Notes: generated by a model from the sequence alone, not told the origin. A stretch of DNA of 62,842 nucleotides, filler included, from Theionarchaea archaeon (GCA_018992565.1; 5 parts of 5 records of this genome joined end to end with filler, not necessarily neighbours in it), one strand, 5' to 3'. Positions 10,438-22,328 are shown, counted from the whole stretch's first letter. Program-made: numbers and translations.

Positions 10438-12045
10438 ATGGAAGTCATAGAAACGCACGTAGACCCTGATGATCCTGAATTCAGAGAAAATAGAGAACAT
10501 TACCTTAAATTGTTGAATAACCTGAATGAAACAGTGAGCACGGCAAAAGGAGGAGGTAGTGAACAGGCTCGTAACCTGCACACATCTCGAGGGAAAATGC
10601 TGGTAAGAGACAGGATCAAGGCTCTCCTGGACAGAGATAGTCCTTTCTTAGAATTCAGCACCCTGGCAGGGTACAACATGTACGGAAATGACGCCCCCTG
10701 CGCAGGCATCATCACAGGGATCGGGACTGTCCATGGAAAGGAAGTAGTCATCATAGCCAATGATGCCACGGTAAAGGGAGGAACCTATTACCCCATGACA
10801 GTAAAGAAGCATTTGAGGGCCCAGGAAATTGCCCTGGAAAACAGATTGCCCTGCATATACCTGGTGGACTCAGGGGGGGCTTTCCTCCCCATGCAGGATG
10901 AAGTCTTTCCAGATCGAGAGCACTTCGGTCGTATCTTCTTCAACCAGGCAGTGATGTCTTCCAAGCAGATTCCCCAGATTGCAGTGGTCATGGGGATGTG
11001 CACAGCAGGCGGCGCCTATGTTCCCGCCATGTCAGACGAGACAATTATTGTAAAGGAAACGGGGACAATTTTCCTGGGAGGACCTCCCCTTGTGAAAGCT
11101 GCAACCCATGAGGATGTAACTCCTGAAGAACTGGGTGGTGCAGATGTGCATTGCCGGATTTCTGGAGTGGCTGACCACTATGCTCATGATGACATGCATG
11201 CAATCCAGATGTGCAGGTCTATTGCAGAAAACCTGAATTGCCCGCCCAAAACCTTTCTGGATGTAAAACCCCCGGAGGAGCCCCTCTACCCCGTAGAGGA
11301 GATATTTGGGATCATCCCAAAGGATTCCAGAGTACCATTTGAAGTGAGAGAAGTCATTGCCCGGTTGGTAGATGGCAGCCAATTCCACGAATTCAAGAAA
11401 TTCTACGGCACTACGCTGGTTACAGGATTTGCGAAAATCATGGGATACCCCGTGGGCATTCTGGCCAACAATGGAGTCCTTCTCAGTGAAAGTGCTTTCA
11501 AGGGGACCCATTTCATTGAGATTTGCTGCCAGCGGAAAATTCCTCTGGTATTTCTGCAGAATATCACGGGATTCATGGTGGGAAAGCAGTCTGAAGCAGG
11601 TGGAATCGCTAAGAATGGTGCTAAGATGGTGTCTGCGGTTGCCGTGGCCCAGGTACCCAAATTCACCGTGATTATTGGTGGTTCTTTTGGGGCAGGCAAC
11701 TACAGTATGTGCGGACGCGCATATCAGCCTCGTCAGCTGTGGATGTGGCCCAATGCCAGGATATCTGTCATGGGGGGACAACAGGCGGCCACAGTGCTAC
11801 TCACTGTGAAAAAGGATCAGCTGTGGAGGAAAGGGATTGAGCTGTCTGAGGAAGAAGAAGAAGCCATTGTAGAACCTATTATGAATAAGTACGAGAACGA
11901 AGGGAATCCCTACTACAGCTCTGCCAGGTTGTGGGATGACGGGATCATCAACCCTAAAGATACCCGACTGGTACTGGCACTGGGGATATCCGCTTCGTTG
12001 AATGCCCCTATACCTGATCCACCCTTCGCTCTGTACAGAATGTGA
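10438..12045 (+). CDS. Methylcrotonyl-CoA carboxylase carboxyltransferase (beta) subunit
   Basis: [60 protein letters not shown]. Confidence 0.92.
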   Translation: MEVIETHVDPDDPEFRENREHYLKLLNNLNETVSTAKGGGSEQARNLHTSRGKMLVRDRIKALLDRDSPFLEFSTLAGYNMYGNDAPCAGIITGIGTVHGKEVVIIANDATVKGGTYYPMTVKKHLRAQEIALENRLPCIYLVDSGGAFLPMQDEVFPDREHFGRIFFNQAVMSSKQIPQIAVVMGMCTAGGAYVPAMSDETIIVKETGTIFLGGPPLVKAATHEDVTPEELGGADVHCRISGVADHYAHDDMHAIQMCRSIAENLNCPPKTFLDVKPPEEPLYPVEEIFGIIPKDSRVPFEVREVIARLVDGSQFHEFKKFYGTTLVTGFAKIMGYPVGILANNGVLLSESAFKGTHFIEICCQRKIPLVFLQNITGFMVGKQSEAGGIAKNGAKMVSAVAVAQVPKFTVIIGGSFGAGNYSMCGRAYQPRQLWMWPNARISVMGGQQAATVLLTVKKDQLWRKGIELSEEEEEAIVEPIMNKYENEGNPYYSSARLWDDGIINPKDTRLVLALGISASLNAPIPDPPFALYRM

Positions 12046-12478
12046 CAATCCGATGCAATAAGAACTGAACCTGATAAAAGAGACATGCCACATAGTGGAG
12101 AATGATGACATTGACAACTGTGAGTAACAGGTGCACACAGGTTCTGACCCGATGGCCTGAACAACCACTGTGAGGATACTTATTGGTTCACGCGAGAGGA
12201 AAATCGTCCAGCAGGAGGAACAGCTGGACTTTGTGCAGCATCCAAGCTCTCTCTTCATCTCGTGGAGTGCTGCTGGTGCAGTGCAGAGATTTCGTTTCAA
12301 TAATAAATGGTTAAATTACAACTTTGCAAGAAGTATCGCTAGAAAACCACAATATCCTCAAAAAATCTGTTAAATTTCCAACACATTACCATTGTTGCGT
12401 TTTATGACTACCGAAAGGTATTTAAATATGATGACTTACCGGGATATACATTCAATAACCTTAAAGGGAGGTGAAAAC

Positions 12479-14677
12479 ATGAGGAAAGAAATGAGTCTAG
12501 TGCTGATAGGTATACTGGTTCTCGCAATCTACGTGCCAGTTAGTGCTCCAAGTGGCGAAACTGTGAACTTAATTATCGAGACCACTAACAAGGCTTCATT
12601 GACCAATGTCATTAACGCTGCGGGCGGTCACGTGACTGTTGAATTTGTCACAGTAGAAATGCTGGCTGCTGAAATTCCACTGAACGCTGTTGGAGATGTT
12701 CTTGGAAGTTCATACGTGGTCTCAGCATGGAAGGACCGCATACAGACAATGCCGGAAGTCCCTGAGGTTTCAGATGGCGACAATTTCGAAGCTACAGAAG
12801 TCATGGACATATCAGCACAGGTAACAGGCTCCTATACACTAGAGGATATTGAGAATCTGCCGGAAAACTACTACAACTACATGGTTACTGGAGCTCAGGA
12901 CGTATGGTATGAGACCAATGCAGGTTACGGAACCCTGGTAGCTGTCATAGACACAGGTACATATCCATACCACCCATGTCTATACCCACGTGTTATTGGT
13001 GGGATCAGCTTCGTCCCTGATGAACCATCTGACTCATGGGGCGACCCTGACAATCACTACCATGGAACTGTGTGTGCAGGTATTGTTGCATCCAACTGCG
13101 GTGTTCTCCTGCCCAAGACTCACCTGTGGGGTCAGGCTATCATGAGATATGCACCAGCTGAGAGTTGGATTGACTACGATGCCGACAACATTCTCGTTCC
13201 ACTGCTAGGAATGGCTCCGCTGGCTGAGATCTACGCAATCAAGGTCTTCCCCAAGTCTGGCGCTGGTGTGCCAACATCAATAATCATGGAAGGAATTGAT
13301 CATGCTATCTACATGAGACAGCTCTATGACGCCACAGGTGGTGCAGAAGGGCTGCCCATTGATGTAATTAGCATGAGTCTCGGTGGAGCTACGGGCTACG
13401 ATGGACACGATGCTGAAGACAGGCTGGTGGACGAAGCCACTAAGGCAGGTATAGTCGTCTCAACAGCTGCTGGTAACAGTGGTCCTGCATTGAACACTGT
13501 AGAGGCGCCTGGAAATGCCAATACATCACTGGCTGTGGGTGCAGCCGCAGATCCAATCCACACCAGAGTAGGAATGGACATTGCATATGGCATGCCCGGC
13601 ATTGGTGGAGATATGTTCCCCTACGATGAACAGCAGATCATCTACTTCTCCAGCCACGGACCTACCAGCGACGGTCGCCTTGCACCTGACGTTCTGGCAT
13701 GTGGTGTCTATACTATGTCTGCATTCCCACCATACTCAATCGGAGTCATGTCAGGAACATCATCTGCATGTCCTGCTGTCTCAGGAGCAGCTGCACTGCT
13801 GGTGAGCTGGCAGAAGATGAATCAGGGAGTTGCAAACCCCTACCAGATCAGGAATGCCATCATTGAAGGAGCTGTCCCACTCACCAAGCCCTACGGTGTC
13901 TTCGCTCAGGGTAATGGATATCTGAACGTACCCAATTCACTGAGCTTGCTGCAGGGAGGCATTGATGATGGACTGCACCTGCATGAAGGCTACAGCTATG
14001 ATGCAACTGATCTCAAGGGCGGCACCCAGACCTGGTTCACTGGAACCCTGGAGCCCGGAATCGCCTACGACGTGACCATCATTGTGGACGAAGACACTCA
14101 GAAGCTGGACATTTCTCTCACGAACGTGACCTTCTCAGGACCACAGAATCCCTGGCTGGGAGACTCTATTGAGTTCTATGTCCAGGATTCAGTCCGAACA
14201 AGCGATGCCCTGTTTTACGACAGCATCAATGTCTATGGTGACGCAACCTTCACTGTCTACGACCCAAGCCCCGGAAAACTCAGAATCGTCATTGAGGACG
14301 ACTGGACCAACTGGGGAACGGTGTCCTGCAACGTTACAGTCACAGAAACAGAAGGCAATGAAAACAATGGTGGACACAAAGAAGTCATCAGCTACGACGA
14401 ATGGCACCAATACAATGTAGAGGTTCCTGCAGGCCTGAGCTATGTGGTCTTTGAATTATGGTGGATGCACGACTGGTCCATGTGGCCTACCTACGATCTG
14501 GACATGTACATCTTTGATCCTAACGGCTACTTGTACGTGGACGGTGCTACTCTTGCATCTCCAGAGAAGCAGATCTTTGCTGCCCCTGTACCAGGTACCT
14601 ATGTAGTCCTCGTCTATGGCTACGATATCTACCACGGAAAAGACCCATATCAGCTAAGAGTCTCCTTCATTGAATAA
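12479..14677 (+). CDS. Secreted S8 subtilisin-like serine protease with C-terminal PPC-like domain(s)
   Basis: Signal peptide and prodomain; catalytic triad motifs VIDTG, HGTVCAG, GTSSACP; oxyanion AAGN; RBS GGAGGTGA before ATG 12479. Confidence 0.9.
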   Translation: MRKEMSLVLIGILVLAIYVPVSAPSGETVNLIIETTNKASLTNVINAAGGHVTVEFVTVEMLAAEIPLNAVGDVLGSSYVVSAWKDRIQTMPEVPEVSDGDNFEATEVMDISAQVTGSYTLEDIENLPENYYNYMVTGAQDVWYETNAGYGTLVAVIDTGTYPYHPCLYPRVIGGISFVPDEPSDSWGDPDNHYHGTVCAGIVASNCGVLLPKTHLWGQAIMRYAPAESWIDYDADNILVPLLGMAPLAEIYAIKVFPKSGAGVPTSIIMEGIDHAIYMRQLYDATGGAEGLPIDVISMSLGGATGYDGHDAEDRLVDEATKAGIVVSTAAGNSGPALNTVEAPGNANTSLAVGAAADPIHTRVGMDIAYGMPGIGGDMFPYDEQQIIYFSSHGPTSDGRLAPDVLACGVYTMSAFPPYSIGVMSGTSSACPAVSGAAALLVSWQKMNQGVANPYQIRNAIIEGAVPLTKPYGVFAQGNGYLNVPNSLSLLQGGIDDGLHLHEGYSYDATDLKGGTQTWFTGTLEPGIAYDVTIIVDEDTQKLDISLTNVTFSGPQNPWLGDSIEFYVQDSVRTSDALFYDSINVYGDATFTVYDPSPGKLRIVIEDDWTNWGTVSCNVTVTETEGNENNGGHKEVISYDEWHQYNVEVPAGLSYVVFELWWMHDWSMWPTYDLDMYIFDPNGYLYVDGATLASPEKQIFAAPVPGTYVVLVYGYDIYHGKDPYQLRVSFIE

Positions 14678-14680
14678 AAT

Positions 14681-14710
14681 TTCCTTTTTTTTTCTTCTTT
14701 CATTTTATTT
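14681..14710 (+). terminator. U-rich archaeal terminator
   Basis: TTCCTTTTTTTTTCTTCTTT directly after the protease stop. Confidence 0.6.
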
Positions 14711-14930
14711 ATGGATTGCTTCATTAGGTTCCGCTTTGTCATTCATTCTCTAATTGGTGGTGAGTTCTTGACCCGGCGAGTTCCTCGGCTCCTGTCAGTT
14801 CTTCTCGACTGGAGGCCTCTCCCTCCTCAAGCTGGGATAGAACTGCATGGTGAAGCAGAGACAAGCACCACAACAATGCATCCAGAGATAGCGGGGAAAA
14901 GAATTTAAAACGCTGCACCAACCTCATACC

Positions 14931-15004
14931 ATGACATACAAGATTGCAGTTCTGCCAGGTGACGGCATTGGCAATGATGTTATGGATGCTGCCAAAATCG
15001 TGCT
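14931..15004 (+). CDS. 5' fragment of an isocitrate/isopropylmalate dehydrogenase family enzyme, cut by contig end
   Basis: MTYKIAVLPGDGIGNDVMDAAKIV is the family's N-terminal signature; TTTAAAA box about 20 nt upstream; not in ORF track. Confidence 0.85.
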
Positions 15005-15104
15005 NNNNNNNNNNNNNNNNNNNNNNNNNNNNNNNNNNNNNNNNNNNNTTAATTAATTAANNNNNNNNNNNNNNNNNNNNNNNNNNNNNNNNNNNNNNNN
15101 NNNN
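15005..15104. other. Artificial contig linker
   Basis: N run + TTAATTAATTAA (stops in all six frames) + N run. Confidence 0.97.
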
Positions 15105-15105
15105 T

Positions 15106-17253
15106 GATGAGCTTCACGAGAGAGGCCAGTCAGTCATTTTAACCTGGATTTCAGATCCCCTACTTGAAGACTGGGCGCCTGACCTTCAATTTCTCAGGAG
15201 GGCTTCCACCTACCTCCATGAGCACTACCCCGATATGGCGCTCATTGTCTACCAGGGGCCTCTGGAAATTGTCACTCCTGATGTAGATCTCGACACAGAT
15301 GGCGAGGCGGACGAAGGGACCCACAGCATTTACAAGGATCACCCCGGGTGGCTTCAGGTGGGTATCGATGGAAGGAAAGCAGTCTTCTATGGAAATGTAG
15401 CCTTCTGGGTGGGAGAGCATGACGAAGATGTATGGTTATGCCCAAATGATCCCGAATACAGACAACTGGTTATGTCAAATTTCAGACAGCTGGCCGAAAC
15501 AGGCATTGACGGTATCTGGGTCGATATCCCCAAGTTCTTGTGCGATTTTGGAGACTGGGAAGACAACTGGGCCTGCCATTGTGAAGACTGCAGAAGGAAG
15601 TTCAGAGAAGATACAGGATCAAGACTTCCTGAGAGTATTGACTGGAATGATAAGACCTGGAAAACCTGGATGTTATGGAGACAGAATGTTATCACCAACT
15701 ACATCAAAGAACTGAATGATACCATAAAGGCAGTCAACTCTGACTGTCAGCTCATTGTAGAACACTGGCACGGTATTGACGTGGGGAGTGTGAGAGAGGC
15801 GTGGAGCCCCATCATGTTGAGAAGGGTGACAGACTGCCTGGCTCACGAGTACCCAGCTGCATCATATGATAAGGCAACTTCTGATTACTACAACTACCTG
15901 AGAGACATGGCTGTTTATCTCTACTACCGAGGACTGGATGCAGATCACCCTTCGTGGGTTCTGGCGTATTCCTCAGATGTTGAGGGTCAGAAAATGCTCG
16001 CATCATCCCTCATAACTGCAGGATGCAATGTCTATGACACAAATGTACCTCGCATGTCGGGGACAGTGAGCCTTGCCCAACAGAAGCAGGTTTTTACCTG
16101 GGTCAACCAGCATGCACAGTACTACTATGGTCCCGAACCCTGGGCAAATGTGGGTGTGTATTACTCAAAGAGCACCATAGACTTCTACCAGCATGAATAC
16201 GAGGGAGACTTTTACAGTGAGTTTATGGGAATATCCATGATGCTTCTTGAATTCAATGTCCCTTACAAAGTTCTCTTCTCACTGGATGATCTCACTGCCT
16301 TCCATACAGTGATCTTGCCCAATACAGCCTGTATGGGAGACAGAGACGTTCAAAAGGTGAAAGCATTTGTGGAACAGGGAGGCAATGTCATTGCAACAGG
16401 GGAAACGGGCCAGCATGATGAATGGGGGGTAGAACGAATTTTCAACCCGCTTCAAGAATGTGTGATAATGGTTCCTTCTGTGGGGATGGAATATTACCGT
16501 GATGTCCAACCTTTCTATTACTGGCGGATTCCAGAAGAGAGGGGAAATGGAGAAGAAGTCAAGTCTGAATTCCTGGACGTTCTAGAATCTCTGGACATAC
16601 CCACTATTTTTGTGACTGAAGCAGAAGAAATGATCTTCCTTCCTTTTGTTGAGGAGAACAGACTCATATTCAGGATTTTGAATCTTTCTGGTGTTTCTAA
16701 TGGCATTCCAGATCCTCAGGAAATCACCCTACAGACACGGTGGCCAGTTGCCAGTGGCATGGTTTATCCTCTCTTTTCTCCTCCCGAGGCTGTTGGTAAC
16801 CCTGGTCACTATACTCTGCAGGAACACGGTATACTGGTGTATGATATCACAGAACCTGTCACTGTGGTTAGTAACGCCTTTGATGAGGAAGCAGCGCAGT
16901 TCGTGGGGGATAGTCTGCACCGGCAGGGGTTCCCCATTGAGAAGAGCTCATGTCACATGTGTCTTGAGGCACTGAAATATCGGAAATATCTAGTAATTCT
17001 GGGAGGACATCAGGCACGGATGGTCACAGACCTGGTTAGCCAGCTCTTGACGGAAGAAGAAAAGGCATCCCTGGAAGAGGAAGGGGCCCAAAAAGTCTTT
17101 GTAAAATACAATGTATTCTCTGAGGGACAGATCATTTTTATTATTGCGGGAAATGACCGGGAGAATACACTCATTGCTGCAGGAACATGGATTGATGAGG
17201 TCATCAGGGAGTTTTCAGATGCCTTTGCAGGGAATGAGAGTGTGGCTGTATGA
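15106..17253 (+). CDS. 5'-truncated glycoside-hydrolase-like protein (TIM barrel + GH42-type trimerisation/GATase domain) with C-terminal S-layer-like domain
   Basis: Frame open from contig start; GIDGIWVD, CHCEDC zinc site, VILPNTACM..FVEQGG..IATG; tail YLVILGGHQA..IAGNDRENT. Confidence 0.6.
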   Translation, partial: DELHERGQSVILTWISDPLLEDWAPDLQFLRRASTYLHEHYPDMALIVYQGPLEIVTPDVDLDTDGEADEGTHSIYKDHPGWLQVGIDGRKAVFYGNVAFWVGEHDEDVWLCPNDPEYRQLVMSNFRQLAETGIDGIWVDIPKFLCDFGDWEDNWACHCEDCRRKFREDTGSRLPESIDWNDKTWKTWMLWRQNVITNYIKELNDTIKAVNSDCQLIVEHWHGIDVGSVREAWSPIMLRRVTDCLAHEYPAASYDKATSDYYNYLRDMAVYLYYRGLDADHPSWVLAYSSDVEGQKMLASSLITAGCNVYDTNVPRMSGTVSLAQQKQVFTWVNQHAQYYYGPEPWANVGVYYSKSTIDFYQHEYEGDFYSEFMGISMMLLEFNVPYKVLFSLDDLTAFHTVILPNTACMGDRDVQKVKAFVEQGGNVIATGETGQHDEWGVERIFNPLQECVIMVPSVGMEYYRDVQPFYYWRIPEERGNGEEVKSEFLDVLESLDIPTIFVTEAEEMIFLPFVEENRLIFRILNLSGVSNGIPDPQEITLQTRWPVASGMVYPLFSPPEAVGNPGHYTLQEHGILVYDITEPVTVVSNAFDEEAAQFVGDSLHRQGFPIEKSSCHMCLEALKYRKYLVILGGHQARMVTDLVSQLLTEEEKASLEEEGAQKVFVKYNVFSEGQIIFIIAGNDRENTLIAAGTWIDEVIREFSDAFAGNESVAV

Positions 17254-17260
17254 ATCCAAA

Positions 17261-18592
17261 TCATTGACTATCCTTGATTTTTATCCAGTTCTCTATGAAT
17301 GGAGAGCTCCCTTGATTTGTTCTCGTCCGTCCCAGCATCTTGTACAAATGTCTCCATGCTGAAGGTGGTGGCTCGTAGGAGCCAGGTGAAATCTCTCTGC
17401 CAATTTCTGTCAATTCTTTCTCCTGCTTTCTGGTTTTACATCGCTTGCACTGAAACCCTTTTCCCTTTCCTTCAGAGCTCATAGATTTCCCGCACATCGG
17501 GCACACGGGATTGGAGTAGACGTGATGTGTGACTGTCAAAACATCCAGCCGTTCCAGGTTAATAGTCTTCACACGATTCTCGCCTCCGCGGTTACAGCCC
17601 CCATACGCTCTCACCGTGTCTCCTACTCGTAGTCTGCGGACGATATCTCGAAACCTCTTGGTAGGTTCAAAAGCAGCGCAGCGGATAACCCCTCTATTTT
17701 CCAGCTCAAAGAACACATGTCCTCCCCGTATGATAACAGGATTCCCGGATACAGTGCCTTCTACAATGACAGAGCTGTAATCTTCAATCTCTCCCACTGC
17801 TGTCACTTTCTCGAAGTGAAAGCTTGTGTGTTGGTTTGTCCTGTAGATGACATATTCTTCAGTTTCTTCCCCCAGGTCTGCCATGGAGAATCCCTTTAAC
17901 ACACTCTCTGCTGACTCCCCCCTGATACCTGCAAGTACAGGGCACACGGTATGAGGAGCTATGCATACAGTATTTTCTTCATAATCATAATTGAAAAAGG
18001 CATCTTCAATTGTTTTGTCCATTTTCTTAATTGATTCCCCATTTACATGCCTTTCTCTTCCCCAGTTCTCCCTTTTCCTGTATACCAGTAGTTCATACGT
18101 GTGATCATGTAGCAGTGGCTCACCCACTCCTGCTAATGCCCCTATGACACCTCTCTTGTTCTTATATCCTTTGAGAACGGCTCCCACCTTCTCTGCAGTC
18201 GTATATGCCTCCTCAACAGTGAGCAGCCGGTGTAATGCTCTTTCATAGAAGTGATGTAAGAGGTCTGGAACCTTTCCTGTCAGAACCGCAATCCCTGGAT
18301 TGGCCTGGGGATCAGAGAACACCGCCAGCTTCTCCACGGTCTCCTCAGCATATTCCACTATGGTTTGAACCTGACTGTCTGGGACTTCCAGCCTCAGGAC
18401 TACTGCCCCATTTCCCCTGGTCTTGTACGGAATATTGGGGTTTAATCGGATCAGGTTGGGATAATCTACAAAGACAGCCCCTGCATGGAGAGCTCTTCCC
18501 GCCAGCACTGCACCCAGGTAAGTGGTGCACATTCCTTCAGTTAATGAATCAGTGCTGTCAATACCAAGGTGTACCAGTGTCATACTATCCAT
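17261..18592 (-). CDS. tiaS: tRNA(Ile2) agmatinylcytidine synthase
   Basis: GIDSTDS..GMCTTYL, LIRLNPNIPYKTRGNGA, OB-fold CAAFEPT, zinc ribbon CPMC..CKRC. Confidence 0.95.
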   Translation of the reverse strand: MDSMTLVHLGIDSTDSLTEGMCTTYLGAVLAGRALHAGAVFVDYPNLIRLNPNIPYKTRGNGAVVLRLEVPDSQVQTIVEYAEETVEKLAVFSDPQANPGIAVLTGKVPDLLHHFYERALHRLLTVEEAYTTAEKVGAVLKGYKNKRGVIGALAGVGEPLLHDHTYELLVYRKRENWGRERHVNGESIKKMDKTIEDAFFNYDYEENTVCIAPHTVCPVLAGIRGESAESVLKGFSMADLGEETEEYVIYRTNQHTSFHFEKVTAVGEIEDYSSVIVEGTVSGNPVIIRGGHVFFELENRGVIRCAAFEPTKRFRDIVRRLRVGDTVRAYGGCNRGGENRVKTINLERLDVLTVTHHVYSNPVCPMCGKSMSSEGKGKGFQCKRCKTRKQEKELTEIGREISPGSYEPPPSAWRHLYKMLGRTRTNQGSSPFIENWIKIKDSQ

Positions 18593-18782
18593 TTCTCAAC
18601 CTACCTTTAAAATCTATTTTATCACTGTCAGTAATAAATGATGCAAGGTATCACTTTCTTTTTCAGTGCTGTTGAACAGAATCAACTGCATCACTGCACC
18701 ATAGAGCGAAAGTTATTTAAATACGCAATACTAGAAGGGCTGATTAAGGTGTTACCTTTTTTCCGAGAGAGAGGGAGAAACC

Positions 18783-19688
18783 ATGAATGACCAATGTCCC
18801 GAATGTGGTAGTATTAACCTCTACCACGATTATGATAGGGCTGAGGTAATCTGTTCTGAATGTGGACTGGTTGTAAAGGAAACCTTGCTGGATTCAGGTC
18901 CTGAGTGGCGTGCTTTTGATTCTGAACAGAGAGACAAGAGAGAACGTACCGGAGCCCCAATGACATATATGATTCACGATAAGGGGTTGTCCACTGATAT
19001 CGACTGGAGAGATAGAGATATCCATGGAAGAGATTTAAACCCAGGAAAACGAGCTCAGATTTACAGGATGCGTAAGTGGCAGCGGAGAATCAGGGTCTCT
19101 GATGCCATGTCTCGTAATTTGGCTTTTGCTTTGACTGAACTAAATCGGCTGTCTTCGCACATGCAGCTTCCCAAGAATATTAGGGAGGCAGCAGCAATAT
19201 TGTACAGGCGGGCTATCGAAGAAGGACTGGTAAGGGGACGAAGTATTGAAGGAGTCACTGCAGGGTGCTTATATGCATCGTGCAGGAAATGCAAGGTGCC
19301 CAGAACCCTGGATGAAATTGCCGAATATGCACGGGTGGAGAAGAAGGAGATAGGACGAAGTTACCGATATATTATGAGAGAGCTGGGTATCAGGCTCCCG
19401 CCCACAAATCCATTGGACTACATTCCTCGGTTTGCTTCCGAATTGGGAGTTTCTGCTCAGGTTCAGAGGAGGGCTGTAGAGATTCTGAAGCAGGCAATGG
19501 ATTTAGGTCTCACGTCTGGAAAGGGGCCCATGGGCGCGGCTGCTGCTGCTTTGTATATTTCCAGTATTGAACACGATGAGAGGAAAACTCAAAGAGAAGT
19601 GTCAGAGATTGCCAAAGTGACGGAAGTCACTGTGCGGAATAGGTATAAAGACTTCCAGGACAAGCTGGGCCTGGACGTGGATGTATGA
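18783..19688 (+). CDS. tfb: Transcription initiation factor IIB
   Basis: Zinc ribbon CPEC..CSEC, GPEWRAF B-reader, two cyclin repeats, [11 protein letters not shown]. Confidence 0.97.
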   Translation: MNDQCPECGSINLYHDYDRAEVICSECGLVVKETLLDSGPEWRAFDSEQRDKRERTGAPMTYMIHDKGLSTDIDWRDRDIHGRDLNPGKRAQIYRMRKWQRRIRVSDAMSRNLAFALTELNRLSSHMQLPKNIREAAAILYRRAIEEGLVRGRSIEGVTAGCLYASCRKCKVPRTLDEIAEYARVEKKEIGRSYRYIMRELGIRLPPTNPLDYIPRFASELGVSAQVQRRAVEILKQAMDLGLTSGKGPMGAAAAALYISSIEHDERKTQREVSEIAKVTEVTVRNRYKDFQDKLGLDVDV

Positions 19689-20743
19689 TTGTATGTTCCC
19701 GATGCGGCCGCGAAATGGAAGATACTGCATGGAAATGTGTCTGTGGAGGTCCTCTTGAGGTAGTAGATAAAGAACAGGTTGATGGTGGAGAGCTGAAAGG
19801 TTCATCATTGTGGCGATATCAGCCTTATCTTGGCACGGAAAAGCGTGTATCCTTTGATGAGGGATATACACCGCTAGTTTTCATTGAGGATTGTTACTAT
19901 AAGCTGGATTTCTTGTTTCCCACTGGGTCTTTCAAGGACAGAGGTTCTACTGTCATGATGTCTGTACTGGACCATCACAAGATACCACGGCTTGTGGAGG
20001 ATTCTTCAGGAAATGCAGGCGCTTCAATATCGGCGTATGCTGCGAGAGCAGGGATCATGGCTGAGATTTTCGTGCCAGCATATGCTTCGCAGGGGAAGGT
20101 TTCCCAGATTGAAGCATTTGGGGCTCACATTAGAAAAGTTGAAGGAACTCGTGAGGATACCCGAAAAGAGGCACTGAAGCGAGCTGAGACTGTGTACTAC
20201 GCGTCTCACCAGTGGAATCCATGGTTCCTGCAGGGAATGCAAACAGTGGCATATGAGATCGCTGAGCAGTTCAATTGGGATGTGCCCGATGTTGTGGTGG
20301 TACCTGTGGGATCAGGGTCACTGTACTATGGAGTTTACAAGGGGTTCAAGCACCTTCTTGAGTCAGGCGTGATTGGAGGTATCCCTGAATTAGTGGGAGT
20401 ACAACCCGAAGTGTGTTCACCAGTGTATAATGCAGTCTATGGGAAGGAGAGGACGTGTGAGAAGTCTGTTGCCGAGGGGCTCCTGGTGGAACACCCTCCT
20501 CGGTTACAGGAGATAGAGGACGTTGTCCGTCATCACGGGAAGCTTGTGGTAGTCACAGAAGAGGAGATTGGTGAAGGCCTCCGGAAAGCCATCAGGATGG
20601 GACTGTTTATTGAACCTACATCTGCCTCTGTCATGGCTGCCCTAGAGAAGGTGGAACCCTCAGAATCACGGGTTGCTGTGTTGACAGGGAATGGATTGAA
20701 GGCCACACGGGAAATCAATGACATCCTCAACAAGAGAAGTTAA
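19685..20743 (+). CDS. Threonine synthase-like PLP enzyme
   Basis: N-terminal Cys knuckle, [29 protein letters not shown]; overlaps tfb stop. Confidence 0.85.
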   Translation: MIVCSRCGREMEDTAWKCVCGGPLEVVDKEQVDGGELKGSSLWRYQPYLGTEKRVSFDEGYTPLVFIEDCYYKLDFLFPTGSFKDRGSTVMMSVLDHHKIPRLVEDSSGNAGASISAYAARAGIMAEIFVPAYASQGKVSQIEAFGAHIRKVEGTREDTRKEALKRAETVYYASHQWNPWFLQGMQTVAYEIAEQFNWDVPDVVVVPVGSGSLYYGVYKGFKHLLESGVIGGIPELVGVQPEVCSPVYNAVYGKERTCEKSVAEGLLVEHPPRLQEIEDVVRHHGKLVVVTEEEIGEGLRKAIRMGLFIEPTSASVMAALEKVEPSESRVAVLTGNGLKATREINDILNKRS

Positions 20744-20979
20744 ACCACGATATTCTGCACGATGCTGCAGACAAGGAGACAGAACGGTTATGGTTCAATT
20801 GAGCTCTTCTAGAGTGATTGAATCCAGGAATGTCTGAACAACAGTGGTATACAAGGAGCCTGTTACAACCTCACAGTCAGCCTGACAATATATCCATGAG
20901 CATACTCATGATGAGGCTGCATCTCAATTAGATCCATTGCCCCCAGCGTTTTCATGTGGGAAGAGGCGGCTTCCTCTTG

Positions 20980-22149
20980 TTATCGTCCTTTCATGTATTT
21001 TTCCACCGCATTCATAGCCTTTTCAAGCGTTTCGATGGGTGGAAGGAAGATTGATCGGAAGTGCCCTTTTCCATAGGAACCGAACCCTGATCCATGTACA
21101 AACAGGACATGTGTATTCTCCAGGACATCGAGGACGAACTTCTTGTCATCCTCGCAATCCACTTTGGGGAAGATGTAAAAGGCCCCCATGGGTTTTTCAG
21201 CAGTCATACCACTGATCTCATTCATCCTTTTGTACATGAAATCTCTTCGTTCCTTGAGTTTCTGGGCAACTTTCTTAATGTGATCTTGCGGGCCATGTAG
21301 AGCAGCAACACCGGCCTCCTGCATTACTGTGTTTGCACTGATTCTCAGCCGCAGCTGCTTTAGACATGCATCCTTTATTTCAGAGAGATTTCCATTATAG
21401 TCTTTGAATATGGCCCATCCTACTCGCCATCCTGTAGAAAGATATGCTTTAGACATACCATTGATGGCAATGACAGGCACATCCTCAGCCCGTAGCGGAC
21501 TGTAGTGCTGTTCCTCAAACGTCATGGTATCATATATCTCATCAGAGACCACCACAATATCATGTTCAGCTGCCAGCCCAGCGATAGCTTCCACATGCTT
21601 TCGGCTGTATAAGGCACCTGTTGGATTGTTCGGGCTGATCAGGAGAATGGCCTTGGTCCTGTCTGAGAGCCTGCTTCGCATGTCGTCAATATCGGGGGAC
21701 CAGTTCTCCTCTTCAAGGGTCCTGTAGGGGACTGGGACGGCATCAAAGAATCGTGCCAGTGACATATAAGGAGGATATGCCGGACCTGGAATAAGAATTT
21801 CATCACCAGGGTTTAACAAGGCCCCATAAATCATTTGAATAGCTTCAGATGTTCCATTTGTAATGAGAATATCTTCTTCAGAGGCAGAAATACCATTTTT
21901 CCTCTTTTCTCTTGAAGCAACTGCTTCTCGCAGTGCAGGGAGACCCTCAGAATCCATGTATCCATTGTACGTATTCATAGCCTTCATGGCGGCTTCTTTG
22001 ATATGAACAGGGGTATCAAAGTCGAATTTGTCAGGATCCCCCAAATTGAGCCACATGATTTCTGCTCCTTCTTGCTGGAGCTTCCGGGCAGGAATCACTA
22101 CATCTCCTATGGCAAAGGTAACAGATTCAGTTCGGTCTGCTGCTTTCAC
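20980..22149 (-). CDS. Class I/II aminotransferase (alanine aminotransferase-like)
   Basis: LNLGDP, ISPNNPTG, SDEIYD, GMSKAYLSTGWRVG; GTG at 22149 behind GGTGGT preferred as start. Confidence 0.88.
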   Translation of the reverse strand: MKAADRTESVTFAIGDVVIPARKLQQEGAEIMWLNLGDPDKFDFDTPVHIKEAAMKAMNTYNGYMDSEGLPALREAVASREKRKNGISASEEDILITNGTSEAIQMIYGALLNPGDEILIPGPAYPPYMSLARFFDAVPVPYRTLEEENWSPDIDDMRSRLSDRTKAILLISPNNPTGALYSRKHVEAIAGLAAEHDIVVVSDEIYDTMTFEEQHYSPLRAEDVPVIAINGMSKAYLSTGWRVGWAIFKDYNGNLSEIKDACLKQLRLRISANTVMQEAGVAALHGPQDHIKKVAQKLKERRDFMYKRMNEISGMTAEKPMGAFYIFPKVDCEDDKKFVLDVLENTHVLFVHGSGFGSYGKGHFRSIFLPPIETLEKAMNAVEKYMKGR

Positions 22150-22328
22150 AATACCACCAGTTGTCAGCAAAAAGGAATCTTGAAAAGCATTGTTCCGGAT
22201 ATGTACGGGTTAGCGGATGACGTAAGGGTGTTGTGCATCACAAGGCCTACTCCCCATCAAGCAGGGGAATCAGAAAAAATAAAAAGGAGGATGAAATGAA
22301 CAATAGCTCCTATCGGCATTTTGTTTTA

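Noticed and set aside
11032..11781. Long antisense ORFs (also 23381-23974, 27162-27785, 45156-45710)
   Set aside because: They lie opposite well-supported genes and have no motifs
15049..15060. TTAATTAATTAA palindrome recurring four times
   Set aside because: Always centred in N runs; an assembly spacer, not a biological repeat
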